Positions 32,615 through 44,901 of a stretch of 64,000 nt of DNA are shown piece by piece. The notes under the pieces are model-generated. The model was not told the origin of the DNA. It worked only from the letters and a program-made list of their open reading frames with translations, and did no database searches. The DNA comes from Neodothiora populina (lineage: Eukaryota). Both the position numbers and the translations under genes were made by a program. Positions within the stretch are counted from its first letter, which is position 1. Each line of letters starts with the position of its first letter. Where the stretch lies: contig NW_027191402.1 of assembly GCF_041146345.1 (NCBI RefSeq), positions 806,001 to 870,000 on the forward strand. Reading direction: 5' to 3'.

Positions 32615-33876
32615 ACGCATAAAACACAGAACCCCAGGAAGATGCGAGAAGCGGAGAGAAGAAAAGCACATCACTGCGTTCTACACACCCTGCCTGCTTC
32701 CTACCACTTTCCCCCCACCGAACGAGAAGAACGAATCTGAAACGCTGTCTGCTTTTATCTTTAATTTCACTTTCCATCCTCAACCTCCTACGACCCTCCA
32801 TCAACAGCATTATCATTAGAAGATAAGCAAAAACGAAAACAAAAGAGAAACAAGAAAACAAACATGAAATAAACCTTCCTAACATTAGTCCCAACACCGA
32901 TCGAAGAGAAGATCTATAGACTAGATCCGCGCCTTGCCTTTGCAGTACATATACACGGAGCGGATGAGAGAGGAGAGCTGAGGAGTAGTAGTGGTGGTGG
33001 TGGCAGTAATGAAAGCCACTCCACGGCAACGGCAGTGGGGAGCAGCGGGATAAGCAAGCAGCGTTTGTAGCGAATTTCCTAGCATACTCTTGTACAAAAT
33101 ATGAAGACTACAACTATTGTAAAGGATCATGCCGAACCTTGGCGTTCTTGCTTTGCTTCTCTCGGCTTTGAGTCCTGATGAAGACAGCGCCTCGGATGAT
33201 AGGAGGCATGTTGATGTATACCACTTTCTGAGGCTTTCTTTCTTTCAGCCTTATGTTCCAGACCCTCATCAGCGCCTGTCAAAGACCGACTCGGAAGAGC
33301 TTATGGGATCATCCAGACTAAGTGAACTCCTATTCGAAGTCTGCATTGATCCACCGTGAAGAGAAACAAGTCATCTGTATGGAAAAGCTCCTTGACTGTC
33401 TCTTTCTCCATGCCCAGCTCAGTGCAACCGAGCGGTGGACCCCAAGCTTGTTCTTTCGTGCAGTGCGCGTGTATGGTACTGGTCTCAAGGAGCATTCATG
33501 AGACTGGTTGTTGATTGTCCTTTTTTGGTGGTAACAGACACGGTGAGCCCGCGAAGGGTAGTGTGTGGAAGGTTGATAAATTGATCCTTTTGGAGAACTG
33601 TCACAAGACATAACAGATAGTGCGAAGAGTGTACCCTAGTTTTCGTCTTTGGTCGGTGTGGGCGCGCGTCACTTGTCCTTGTCCTGGTTGATAAATCAAG
33701 GAGTGCCGATGAACGAGGTGTTCGAGGGTTGGTGAGATCGAGGTCGAGGTCAAGCTCTGTCTGTCGAGTAAGAAGGTAGGTCATACACGATTACTGTGTC
33801 ACACCATGTACGGGTGTGTGCGAGGCATATGATCGCCAGACGAGCTGTGCAGTGGACGATAACCAGATGACAAATC

Positions 33877-34544
33877 TCATGTTGCGTTTCCCTCGTGTCC
33901 TTGAGCCAGCTCGTCTCGGTCGACGTCCATCTCGTCTGCTTGGGGACCGAGGGAAGCAGGAGCAGCCGCGGAGGCAGGAAGAACAGAAAGAGTAGAGGTA
34001 TGGGCGAGACCATTGACACCATTAGTACTCTTGGTGCCATTGGTCAGCTTCGTCTGACCGTTCGTCTTTCCATTTGCTTCTTCCTTGGCTTTCTTGGCCT
34101 TGTACTCCTTGTAGGTCATTGTCTTTGGCACAACATCAGTCAGAAATTCGAGGTTATCGACTCTCGACACAGCTCCGGCTGGTAATAGTAATTAGTGCAT
34201 GCTTGACAATCACAGACCATTCTTTCGTGTGACTTACCAACATCGCGGTATTGGATGTTGCGGCGCTGCTTGCGTTCTGACTTGACGACATTGTGGGTTT
34301 GCTCGACGAGATATTGCAGGAACTGTTCCGTCGCAATGGTTATGGCAAAGGCGGCATTGTTAGAGCAGTTGGCTATATCTTCATCGGCATGAATGATCTT
34401 CTTGACACGCGCCACTATACAGGGAGAGTCAGCGGTTGTATACAATAGGAGAAACATCAAGTAGATGCAGGGAAGCTCACGTGGTAGCGACACGGTGCCT
34501 GTTATCTCAGCCGTGGGGGTGATTGGGGTGTTGTTGTAAGGCAT
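33877..34544 (-). CDS. Histone-fold protein of the CBF/NF-YC class (DNA polymerase epsilon Dpb3 / CHRAC-like), 3 exons
   Basis: ATG at 34544. Spliced product SLPLARVKKII..DEDI..CSNNAAFAITIATEQFLQYL...RRNIQYRDV...DNLEFLTDVVP. Intron 1 is 34480-34415. Confidence 0.85.
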
Positions 34545-34997
34545 TATTCTGTATTCCACTGTTTCTAGCTGTGATTTCAGAAGATAACAAGAGGCTGATC
34601 TGATGAAGTCACAGATTGCAAAGGCAGTAGCATAAAGATGCAGAGATGTATAGAATATCAAGAAGTAAGGTGTGGTGACTGGAGTGACGCTGGAATGAGA
34701 GAGCCGAGGGAGCTCAAAAGTGCAAGTGCATATACGGTATATGGAAAGAACGAGCACAAAAGCGCAAGGACAGGGTCTTACGTCGCGTCTGCTCGAGGAA
34801 GGCGCGTCTCTCCTTCCCCTTCATTCCGAAGTCAAGCCGTGGCTACAGTACCCCGATATGACCCTATTATCAGATGACAGCCGATACATGTCCACATCAT
34901 AGCTGATGTCGCTGCGCAAGGAGACGCGCACTGCCGAGAAGTAGTGCTGTACAGTAATTGATCGAATGGCTCGGTAAACCCGACAAGGGAAGCAACA

Positions 34998-37866
34998 ATG
35001 AGTGGAGTCTCGAGTTCCATGCCGACTCCTCCTATACCTAGACGACCATCACTCGGGACCAGTCTTTCAGGAAGGAGCTCTCTGAATCGTCGAATTACCA
35101 CCCTCAGCGTTGTCGAAGAGGGCCATGTCCAAGACGTCAATCCGGAAGACCAAGTTGTTGCCGAAGAAATTGATGAAATCAAGCGCTACGAGGATTTCAC
35201 CACCATAGATTGGGTGCGCGACGCCGCTCGTGAGCAGCAACGACGAAAGACAACAAGGCTACTGAACCTCAGCAATGAGTCTGGGAGAGGACCAGGCGGC
35301 GCGTGGCGACGAAAGCTATGGGAGAGCTATGATGCAGGTCAAGCGTGGATTGTGGTCAGCCTGGTCGGCATAGCCATCGGCTTGATAGCTGCCTGCTTGA
35401 ACATTATAACAGAATGGTTGAGCGACATCAAGCTGGGATACTGTACCACTGCATTCTACCTCAACGAGAGCTTTTGCTGTTGGGGCGCTGAAGACGGTCA
35501 GTCTGGCATGCCTTGTAGCAGAGGCCATAATGCTGACGGCTCCTGTAGGCTGCGAAGAATGGCATCCGTGGAGCTCACATACTCTTGTAAACTATGTATT
35601 GTACATTATATTCTCGGTATGCCATCTGCCAAACAACCTTGCCCCTTCTCTCTCGTCTCATCTTCCTGACTTGTCTAGACTTCCTTCGCTTTCACCTCTG
35701 CTAGATTGGTAAAGTCTTTCGCACCTTATGCTGCCGGCTCGGGTATCTCTGAGATCAAGTGCATCTCCGCGGGCTTCGTCATGAAAGGCTTTCTTGGGTC
35801 TTGGACTCTGCTCATCAAGTCCACTTGTCTCCCCTTGGCCATCGCCTCGGGCCTGTCAGTGGGGAAAGAAGGACCTAGCGTACATTATGCCGTCTGTGTT
35901 GGCAATGTTATCTCCAGATTTTTTGACAAATATAAGAGAAATGCTGCCAAAACGCGAGAGATTTTAAGCGCTTGTGCTGCCGCTGGAGTGGCCGTTGCGT
36001 TTGGCAGTCCGATCGGAGGCGTCTTGTTTTCTCTCGAAGTGAGTCACACTGGCCCACACCAGTCTGACCTGACCGTAACCGCGGCTCTTTGCTGATAAAC
36101 GCGTAGGAAATGTCGAATTACTTCCCCTTGAAGACAATGTGGCGAAGCTACTTCTGCGCTCTTGTGGCCACCGCAGTACTGGCAGCAATGAATCCCTTCC
36201 GCACCGGCCAGCTTGTTATGTTTACCGTCTCGTACGATCGCGAATGGCACTTCTTCGAATTGCCCTTCTACATCCTCGTAGGAATCTTTGGTGGCTTGTA
36301 TGGCGCCTTCGTCATCAAATGGAACCTCCGTGCCCAGGCCTTTAGAAAGCGATATCTAACCAAATACGCCATTTTGGAAGCTACGCTCTTAGCAACATTT
36401 ACCGCCATTGTCTGCTACCCCAACAAATTCCTTCGCATCGATATGACCGAGAGTATGGAAATACTTTTCTTGGAATGCGAAGGAGGCCATGACTATGACA
36501 AAGTTTGCGAGTGAGTGGACCCCGATCTGCTGACATGGCAATTCTTATATCACATACTGACTCTGTAGCCGCTCGAATCGCTGGAACATGGTGTTTTCTC
36601 TTGCTGTCGCAACAGTCTTGCGCGTATTCCTAGTCATCATCTCATATGGATGCAAGGTACCAGCCGGCATCTTCGTTCCAAGCATGGCTATCGGAGCATC
36701 GTTTGGACGCATGGTGGGCATTCTTGTGCAAGCCATCCATGAAGCCAATCCCAATTCCTCATATTTTGCTGCTTGCACACCAGATGTACCATGCATCACC
36801 CCGGGCACATATGCTTTCCTTGGGGCTGCCGCGGCTCTGAGCGGTATCATGCATATCACGGTCTCGGTCGTTGTGATCATGTTCGAATTGACTGGGGCTT
36901 TGACCTATATCTTACCAACAATGGTACGTGCAGCAGTGCCTCTGATTTTGACCGAGAAATACTGACGAAGATATACAGATTGTGGTCGGCGTGACCAAAG
37001 CAGTATCAGAGCGGTTTGGCAAAGGTGGCATAGCAGATCGTATGATCTGGTTCAGCGGCTTTCCTTTCCTTGACAACAAAGAAGACCACGTCTTCAACGT
37101 ACCAGTATCGACAGTCGCAACATCAGTGTCTTCTCTCAAATGCCTCTCTACCTCGGGCATGAGCTTCAGCGAAGTGGAACGGCTGCTTCACGACAACACT
37201 TTCTCCGGCTTTCCGATTGTCGAAGATCACTTGTCAATGATCCTTGTTGCGTACATTGGCAGGACAGAACTGCGCTATGCTCTCGATAGAGCGAAACGTG
37301 AGCGGCACGTGCCCATGCATGCAAAATGCTCATTCGCCGGCAACAGCACTGCCAGCAGGAATCCGTCAATGACACCAACAACCCCTGCCCCTGTCATCTC
37401 TTTCGACGACGACGGCGACACTAGTGGTGATATGACCATTGACTTTTGCAGATTCATCGACAAGACGCCCATCTCTGTTCATCCTCATCTCCCTCTAGAG
37501 ACAACCATGGAGTTATTCAAGAAACTGGGTCCGCGTGTCATTTTACTCGAGCATCGGGGGCGACTCCACGGCCTAGTCACAGTCAAAGACTGTCTGAAAT
37601 ACCAATTCCAAGCAGAAGCACACGAGAACCCACGTGATGACAGTGGGCTGAAGGAAGGTCAAGAACGGTTGTGGCAAATCATGAAAAAGACTGCGGGCTA
37701 CGTGGGCGCTAAACTTGGATTGTCAAAGATGACAAGAATTGGCCATGTGAGACTGAATTCCACCGATCATTTCTCAAGTCCCAGAAGTGAAGATCCATCT
37801 CAGGAGCGAACAACCCATAGAGTTCATGGGAGTATGAGCCAAGGGCTCGAATTGGATGATCGGTAG
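34998..37866 (+). CDS. CLC-family chloride channel / Cl-/H+ exchanger (Gef1-like), multi-exon
   Basis: [45 protein letters not shown] and C-terminal CBS domains, split over several GT-AG introns. Confidence 0.93.
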
Positions 37867-38053
37867 ATATGTTTAGTTACATTTTCGATATAATTTGACG
37901 ACTTTACCAATGAGACATCACTTGTGCGCGCCCAATCACAAATCTCACCTTTTCATCTTGCTATAGATGAACCCTTCATATATTCTATCATTGAAGTCGA
38001 TAGGAGCGCAGATTACAAATTCCGGAAGCGTATCAATATAATTGGGTCACATG

Positions 38054-38090
38054 TGCGCGCGAATTTTGACGTCATGCGCGTCGCGTCTCA
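38054..38090. promoter_or_regulatory. Cluster of CGCG (MCB/SCB-like) elements upstream of MLH1
   Basis: GCGCGCGAA and GCGCGTCGCGTC lie about 85-120 bp before the MLH1 ATG. MBF-type elements are typical of fungal replication and repair genes. Confidence 0.5.
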
Positions 38091-38171
38091 CGCACCTTAC
38101 CACACAGCAGAACATCAACTTATAGCATTATCGACGAAAGCGCTGACAAGGCCGTTCCGACATAATCCAGG

Positions 38172-40484
38172 ATGGATGCTATGGAGGGTGTCGAGTCGGC
38201 GACAGAAGACGCAAGTCTTGCCTCGACGCGTGGTGCAAAGCGTACAGCAGCTCAAGCATTTGCCAGAGGCCCACCGCCTCCAATCCGAGCTTTAGCAGCA
38301 GATGTAGTGAACAAAATCGCCGCGGGCGAGATCATTGTGGCGCCTTGGAACGCTTTGAAAGAGCTCATCGAGAATGCAGTCGATGCTGGAGCCACGAACC
38401 TTGAGATCCTGGTCAAGGATGGAGGGACGAAACTCTTGCAAATCACTGACAATGGCAACGGGATCAACAAGGATGACTTGCCGATACTGTGTCAACGCCA
38501 TACGACGTCGAAAATCAAGGAGTTTGCTGATTTGTCGTCTATCCAAACATTTGGGTTCCGAGGGGAGGCCCTGGCTAGTATTAGTCACATTGCCCATTTG
38601 ACTGTGACTACGAAGACCATGGAGAGCAGTTGTGCTTGGAAGGCGTACTATATCGAGGAAAAGCTCACACCTAACAAGCCGGGGCAGTCTGCAGATCCCA
38701 AGCCTTGTGCTGGTAGGCAAGGCACCCAAATCAGTGTCGAGGATTTGTTCTATAATGTGCCTACACGCCGACGAGCTTTTCGATCTCCTAGCGAAGAGTA
38801 TGCTCGCATTCTTGATGTTGTGGGAAGATATGCCGTGCACTGCAAGAACGTCGCTTTCTCTTGCAAAAAACACGGCGAGTCTGGGCTGGGACTGGCGGTT
38901 CCGAGCAATGCGAGCGAACTGGATCGCATCAGACTGATCCACAATAGTCAGGTTGCGAATGAACTTATACCTTTTGAGGCTGCCAACGAGCGTTGGGGTT
39001 TCAAGTCAAACGGACTGATCAGCAATGCCAACTACCATAGCAAGAAGACGACGCTATTGCTGTTTATCAACCACAGATCTGTTGATTCTACAGCAATCAA
39101 GAAAGCGCTTGAGCATACGTATGCAACTTTTCTGCCAAAAGGTGGTCATCCGTTCATCTACCTAAGCCTGCAGATCGACCCAGCAAGAGTAGATGTCAAC
39201 GTCCATCCCACGAAGCGCGAGGTGAACTTCTTGAATGAAGAAGAGATCATAGAGGTCATCTGTGAAGAGGTGCGTGAGCGGCTGGGTAAAGTAGACACCA
39301 GCCGAACATTCATGACACAAAGTCTGCTGGGCCCGAAGAAAACCACTACACCAGGTCTACATACCCAGTCAAGCATGTCCATTGCATCTCCAGGCTCACA
39401 AACAGATACTCCAAATGTACCGCGAACACCCAAAGCCGCACAGAAACCATACGAGAACAATCTTGTGCGTACGGACTCACGGGCACGCAAGATTACCTCC
39501 ATGTTGCCCCCAGCCGTACCTTCTCCAAGCCACCTAGGCAATGATGCCCACCCAACAGATTTGAATGTCAACGTTGGCAGCGGTGACATGGAATACGAAT
39601 ACCAAGAAAAGGAACACACCATAGTCCGCCTCACAACAATCAAAGACCTGCGTGCCAGTGTGCGCTCAGAACTCCACGACGGCCTCGCCAACGTCTTCGC
39701 AAACCATACATTCGTTGGCGTGGTCGACAGCAGTTCGTCCCGGCGCATCGCGGCCATCCAATCCGGAGTCAAACTCTATCTCATCGACTACGGCTTGGTA
39801 TCTGCAGAATTCTTCTACCAACTCGGGCTCACAGATTTCTCCAATTTCGGATCCATCCGTTTCAGATCCCCTCTGGACCTCCGAGAACTATTAAAGATAG
39901 CCATAGAGGTCGAAGCTGCTCGATATGATTCATCCGCAGACATGGAGCCACCAGACTGGAACGAAGTCGTCGAGTTCACCCGAGACCAGCTCATGGCGAG
40001 CAGAGAAATGCTGCGCGAGTATTTCTGCCTCGAAATCAACGAAGAGGGAGAACTGCTGGCCATACCGTTGCTTTTGAAAGGCTACATGCCGTCGATGAGC
40101 AAACTACCTAGCTTTCTGTTACGACTAGGTCCGCACGTAGACTGGGACAACGAGAAGAAATGTTTCGAGTCTTTCCTGAGAGAACTTGCTGCTTTCTACG
40201 CTCCGGAAGGTATTCCTTCCAGCCCCAAGAACATTCTCAGCAGCAATAGCGGCGGGGCAGAAGCCACAGAAAACAACAGTGAAGAAACGAATTCAACACA
40301 AAAGGACCAGCACCAAGCGGAGTCTCTCGAGCTAGACAAGAAAAGATACAGGCTCGAGCGGTGCATAGAAAACATACTGTTCCCAGCGTTCAGACAGAGA
40401 TTGGTTGCCACAAAGGCACTCAGGAGGGGCGTTGTTGAGGTCGCTGATCTCAAGGGGCTGTATCGCGTTTTCGAGAGGTGTTGA
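38172..40484 (+). CDS. MLH1: DNA mismatch repair protein Mlh1 (MutL homolog)
   Basis: KIAAGE, KELIENAVDAG, GFRGEALASIS, DVNVHPTKREV and the diagnostic C-terminal LYRVFERC. Confidence 0.97.
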   Translation: MDAMEGVESATEDASLASTRGAKRTAAQAFARGPPPPIRALAADVVNKIAAGEIIVAPWNALKELIENAVDAGATNLEILVKDGGTKLLQITDNGNGINKDDLPILCQRHTTSKIKEFADLSSIQTFGFRGEALASISHIAHLTVTTKTMESSCAWKAYYIEEKLTPNKPGQSADPKPCAGRQGTQISVEDLFYNVPTRRRAFRSPSEEYARILDVVGRYAVHCKNVAFSCKKHGESGLGLAVPSNASELDRIRLIHNSQVANELIPFEAANERWGFKSNGLISNANYHSKKTTLLLFINHRSVDSTAIKKALEHTYATFLPKGGHPFIYLSLQIDPARVDVNVHPTKREVNFLNEEEIIEVICEEVRERLGKVDTSRTFMTQSLLGPKKTTTPGLHTQSSMSIASPGSQTDTPNVPRTPKAAQKPYENNLVRTDSRARKITSMLPPAVPSPSHLGNDAHPTDLNVNVGSGDMEYEYQEKEHTIVRLTTIKDLRASVRSELHDGLANVFANHTFVGVVDSSSSRRIAAIQSGVKLYLIDYGLVSAEFFYQLGLTDFSNFGSIRFRSPLDLRELLKIAIEVEAARYDSSADMEPPDWNEVVEFTRDQLMASREMLREYFCLEINEEGELLAIPLLLKGYMPSMSKLPSFLLRLGPHVDWDNEKKCFESFLRELAAFYAPEGIPSSPKNILSSNSGGAEATENNSEETNSTQKDQHQAESLELDKKRYRLERCIENILFPAFRQRLVATKALRRGVVEVADLKGLYRVFERC

Positions 40485-40910
40485 TTGCAGGGTTTAGGCG
40501 AAGGCAAGACGATGGTTAGAGGAAACCTGATGGAAGCATTTGTGTATCCTTCTCAAATGGAATGAGAAGCATATGCCGGTCGGGATTTTCCGGCCCTGCA
40601 CGTGGCATGTATGGAGGTTGAGTACGCTCTCGCTGTTAACGAGCAATTTGATTGCGATCAGGCTCGATATTTGTATTTGATATACCCACTTTGCTAGAGT
40701 TATGAATTACGAAAAGAAGATGTGCGATAGCTATAGTAGCTAGATGCTCGATTCAGACATTGCAAAAACGGGGTATGTACTCTTCGGACGTGGCTATTGT
40801 GAGGATACGCCTGCAAACAAAGCTTGAAAGACGAAGCGTACTACGAAAGAGGCGAAAAGAAGCGAATCCTCCATGAACATCATCAGCCAGACAACATGTC
40901 GAACCGAATG

Positions 40911-41654
40911 TCATGACGATCTCTTCAAACCGCAGGCCGAACAATGATTCTCGAATCTCCGGAACGACTCAGACTCCAAAGGCAGTCTTCCGGTGGAGAC
41001 CCGATTAGCCTTCGAGGCACGCGTAATGTTGCATAAGCTCTGCAGTGCGAAAAGACGAGAGTTCGCAGTCTCGCTGCTGATGATGACAAGCTCGTCGAAG
41101 ATGTCGCTTACTGGTGAGCCTCTGCGGTCAGGGAGAAAGGCGTTTAGCTCTTCACTGGTGGCAGTTAGATCGGAGCCTTTGCGACGAAAGGATTCGAACT
41201 CGGGAATGCTAGCGAGGTCTGATGATGAGTCTGTCGATCCGGTTGAGCATGGTCGAGATTGATGGATGCCTATTAGCTCGCATTTGTACAGCAAGTAACG
41301 GGGGCCGTAGGAGTAGTCGTATTGGAGCGAACCAGCAGTATAGAATCCGAAGCCTTGGAAGCGTTCTCGTCGGACCCCTACGAGTTTATAGGAGATCTCG
41401 AAAGGACCATGGCGGGGATGGAATATTTGCGACGCTGTCTGGAGAATCTCTTGTTCGAGCAGTGCAAGTGTGTCTGCACAAGTGTCTGGCCTTTCTGATG
41501 CTGGTGACTGTAAACATCGGCATGTGAGACTCGCAGGATTAGGAGTACGTTTGAGAAAATTCACGATTGTCGTTTCATTGGGAGATGGACCGGTCCTTGT
41601 AGTCCTTCGCAAATGCCCATGGCGTTGTGGCGGTGGCTTGCTGATTTTACTCAT
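40911..41654 (-). CDS. Hypothetical protein (247 aa), member 4 of the repeated orphan family
   Basis: ATG ORF carrying CRC, ILQTASQIFHP, LVIISSETANSRLFALQSLCNIT and a terminal CSACG. Confidence 0.6.
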   Translation of the reverse strand: MSKISKPPPQRHGHLRRTTRTGPSPNETTIVNFLKRTPNPASLTCRCLQSPASERPDTCADTLALLEQEILQTASQIFHPRHGPFEISYKLVGVRRERFQGFGFYTAGSLQYDYSYGPRYLLYKCELIGIHQSRPCSTGSTDSSSDLASIPEFESFRRKGSDLTATSEELNAFLPDRRGSPVSDIFDELVIISSETANSRLFALQSLCNITRASKANRVSTGRLPLESESFRRFENHCSACGLKRSS

Positions 41655-42382
41655 GTCTCCTGCCTACAAGTCTCGAGTCTAGGAGAGAATAGTGTTCTCC
41701 AAAGGCAATCGATGGAACCCATGGCTTGCTGATGTTTTATGTTACGAGGTCAAGCTGTTCTGACGCAAGTGACGAATATAAAGGATCTTCAGGCAACCCA
41801 CCTGTCGCACTCTACTTGGGGGCTAGTGGTACGATGGCTCGACTATCCCTGACCCATCGCAATGGGAGCTAGACCTATTACCATGTTATCATGATACAGA
41901 AAGGGATGATTACGAGTCAAGCTGAGGTGAGATATGCGGGTCAGTCATCGTTAAAGCTATTGGATCAGAGCATGCTGGTCTAGATGCAGAAGCCAGAAAC
42001 TGATTGAGTTTGGATAACCAAATGGTCTGATGCACTAGCTAGCAAACGCGGTTGATTGCATGAGTGTGTGACCTACGAGTGCATATGCTGGACGACTATG
42101 AAGTCCAATTTCCGTGGCTAAGACAATGAGGAAGTCAAGCTCTGTGACTTTCTTGGCACCCGAAGCTGGCCACTCGAACCCCTAACCTCAGACCGCGTTC
42201 TCGACCTCATGAACCATTCTGATATTTCATCTGGGGGATCGATTCGGGATCTTCCCGCTCTCCTTATCAGACCGTGCGAAGAACAGATGGTCCGGCTCTC
42301 TTATTCGAAGCATTTCTAGTCTCTGGGCTACTGTCGGGGACATCGGGAATCTGTGATCGGTACTGATGCATTGTGTGTAACC

Positions 42383-42997
42383 TTACTCCCGGGGCTTCCC
42401 ACACATGGAACATGCCCTCTCGAAAGCTGCAAGATCTCGCGCCTGCAATGGTCTGTCCCCTTGTCGTCTATTTAGACGAGGTTTCGCATTGGTGATGACA
42501 TTTGACAAGCTTGCCAGAGCGCAGCCAAGACTTGCTGACCATTCTCCTGTCATGACCTCCGATTCCGAGCAATCCTGACCCTCGATTGCTAAAATTTCTA
42601 CCAGATACTTTCGATGAAGCAGATACGCCCGGCCGTATTTCTCAGGCGGCGAATCTTCGGTCTGGTGCCTGACGACGAAGGTGCGTCCAGTTATGCGTTG
42701 ATTTGACATCTCAGCGGGAAATGGGAAGACACGCGTGGCGTGTTGAACGAAATGCTCTGGATTTTTGTGCAGTATCATATGGATATCGTAAGTCCCGTAA
42801 GCGCTTGCTTCGTACCTTGTGCAAGCGCAAGAATCCCTTGCTCCTGAGGCTTTCCTGTTGACGAAAGAGTGTGCATAAGATGGCGATGGCATGTTCGTTT
42901 TGAGCTTGTTCGTGACCGTGAAAATGCCCTCGGGACAAACATATTTATACGTCTTATTCACTATCGAAGAGAAACCACTTGGACGGATATCCTGCAT
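42383..42997 (-). CDS. Hypothetical protein (204 aa), member 5 of the repeated orphan family
   Basis: ATG ORF carrying CAC, FVQHATRVFPF, EVMTGEWSASLGCALASLSNVI and a terminal CSMCG. Confidence 0.6.
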   Translation of the reverse strand: MQDIRPSGFSSIVNKTYKYVCPEGIFTVTNKLKTNMPSPSYAHSFVNRKASGARDSCACTRYEASAYGTYDIHMILHKNPEHFVQHATRVFPFPAEMSNQRITGRTFVVRHQTEDSPPEKYGRAYLLHRKYLVEILAIEGQDCSESEVMTGEWSASLGCALASLSNVITNAKPRLNRRQGDRPLQARDLAAFERACSMCGKPRE

Positions 42998-43434
42998 ATA
43001 CTATCGAGCCGTATGCCTCAATTGTCGATCACTCGGTCTATTTGATACCTATACCCGGTGTTGGAACCGCTTCGCACCCTCCTGATTGACACACTTGACC
43101 AAGACAAGAGCAGACACCACGTTCTGGACATCTGTGGTCACACTAGAGTTCATCTGGAAGCCCTGCCTGTCGCACGTACACCTGCAATGCCAAGTCGCCT
43201 CACTCGCGGATCAATTCTTTCTATCCTTCGTACTACATGTCACAGCACAACATCTATCGGCCTTGACATTACGCGTAGAACATGAGACGGGACCTCGAGT
43301 CTTGTTTATTCGTGAAGCTTACGAGTTCACAGAGGACTATATTGAAGATCGCGCAGCCACCTCCTAGGTCAACAGCATCATACTACGGATCTATATTGTC
43401 TGCAACACAGAATATCGGCATTATCGCTCGATAC

Positions 43435-44901
43435 TTAGCTAGCCAAAATGTCTCCCCCCCAGGCCCAACCTGTGCTCTGTCGATTCTGACTTGGGTTGTT
43501 TTGAGTATCTTTGGAACAGAAGTCTCCTCGAACAGCTTGCCGGAATGAAGCATTTCAGCCACCCCTTTTGCTGCAAGCCATATCACCGGCATACCGTGGC
43601 CATTGAACCCTGAAATGGTGAACTGGTCAGGTTTCTTGGGGATGTTCCCAACGTGTGAGTTAGAGTCGAAGGAGTATCCCATGACGCCTGTCCATATGCT
43701 TTATTGCGGCACCACTGCCCTCCCATCCTCTGAAGTTTTTCTGCATGAAGTCTTGATAGTAGTCCTTTGCTGAATCTATCAAGCAACTATCGTCTGTGTT
43801 GTCATACCATTGATTGCGGTAACGTCGGAAGATGTCCTTAGCGCCGCCGACGATGATCCCGCCATCAGGACACTGGATGAGGTAGCTGCAGACACTAGGA
43901 TCTCCAGGCTCGTATACGATGAAGGAGGTGTGAAGCAACGGAGCCGATGTCCCCGGCGGCACGGCAATATGACAACATATGCCTTTACACGGAATGATGT
44001 TTCCGGCATATTCGGGAAGAAGTGCCTTTGTATAAGCATTCGTCGCATACACAATCTTGCCAGCCCGAATGGTACCGCGTGCCGTACATACTTCATGGGT
44101 ACCATTTTCGGTAGTTCTGACAAGGTTGACCGGTGTGTACGCTTGGATGCTGACCCCACGTTTGCGCAAGATGTGAACCAAGTGCATGATGAACTTGTAA
44201 GGGGACATTGTCGCAGCTGTGTAGGTTGCACAGACCTTTGCGTTCGTGACCCCGGTGATCTGTGTCCCTTTCAAAAGATTTTCTATATTTGTATCGTTCA
44301 CATGGTCACACTTACCCCTGGAGTATCTTCACCTGCGATCACCTGAACGTCATTCATATAATCTAAATTGTGACTTACCATTGCATCATATACTCCTTTT
44401 ACCATGGCCACAGATTCTTCATTACACCACACGTCGGTGACTCTGGTAAGTCTGAAGTCACAATCGATGTTCTCTTTCTGGACGACCTCCTTGAGAGCCG
44501 CGAGGTTTGCAATCTCGAATTCAGCCAGCTCTACCCCCTTGTCCAATCCGTCCCTCTCGATATAGTGAGGAATGTGTCCGTAAAGATCAGGACGAACGTG
44601 GCCACCTATGGTAGCGTCAGACGATACGGCATAAGAACTCCCTTTTATACCCACCATTTCGTCCGGTTGCACCTGAGCAGAGCCCACGGGCTTCCACGAT
44701 TGTGATTGAAGCCGCACTGCCCGCCACTAGCAGATGGTAGGCAGTAGCGACTCCAGCATAACCTCCGCCGATAATCACAACGTCGCTTGTCTCTGGCAAG
44801 ACTTCTGTAGACTGAAGATCATCCAATTCGTCCAACTTGCTACGCCAATGTGAACCGGTCGAATTTGGAACCGGCATGCCAGCCGCGCATTGGCGCGTCA
44901 T
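43435..44901 (-). pseudogene. FAD-dependent oxidoreductase (DAO / sarcosine oxidase-like family), frameshifted (pseudogene or assembly error)
   Basis: IIGGGYAG, LCSGATGRNGGH (spliced), ATNAYT, YLIQCPDGGIIVGG, WTGVMGYS and GFNGHGMP. The frame breaks near 43695 between IKH and WTGVMG. Confidence 0.75.
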
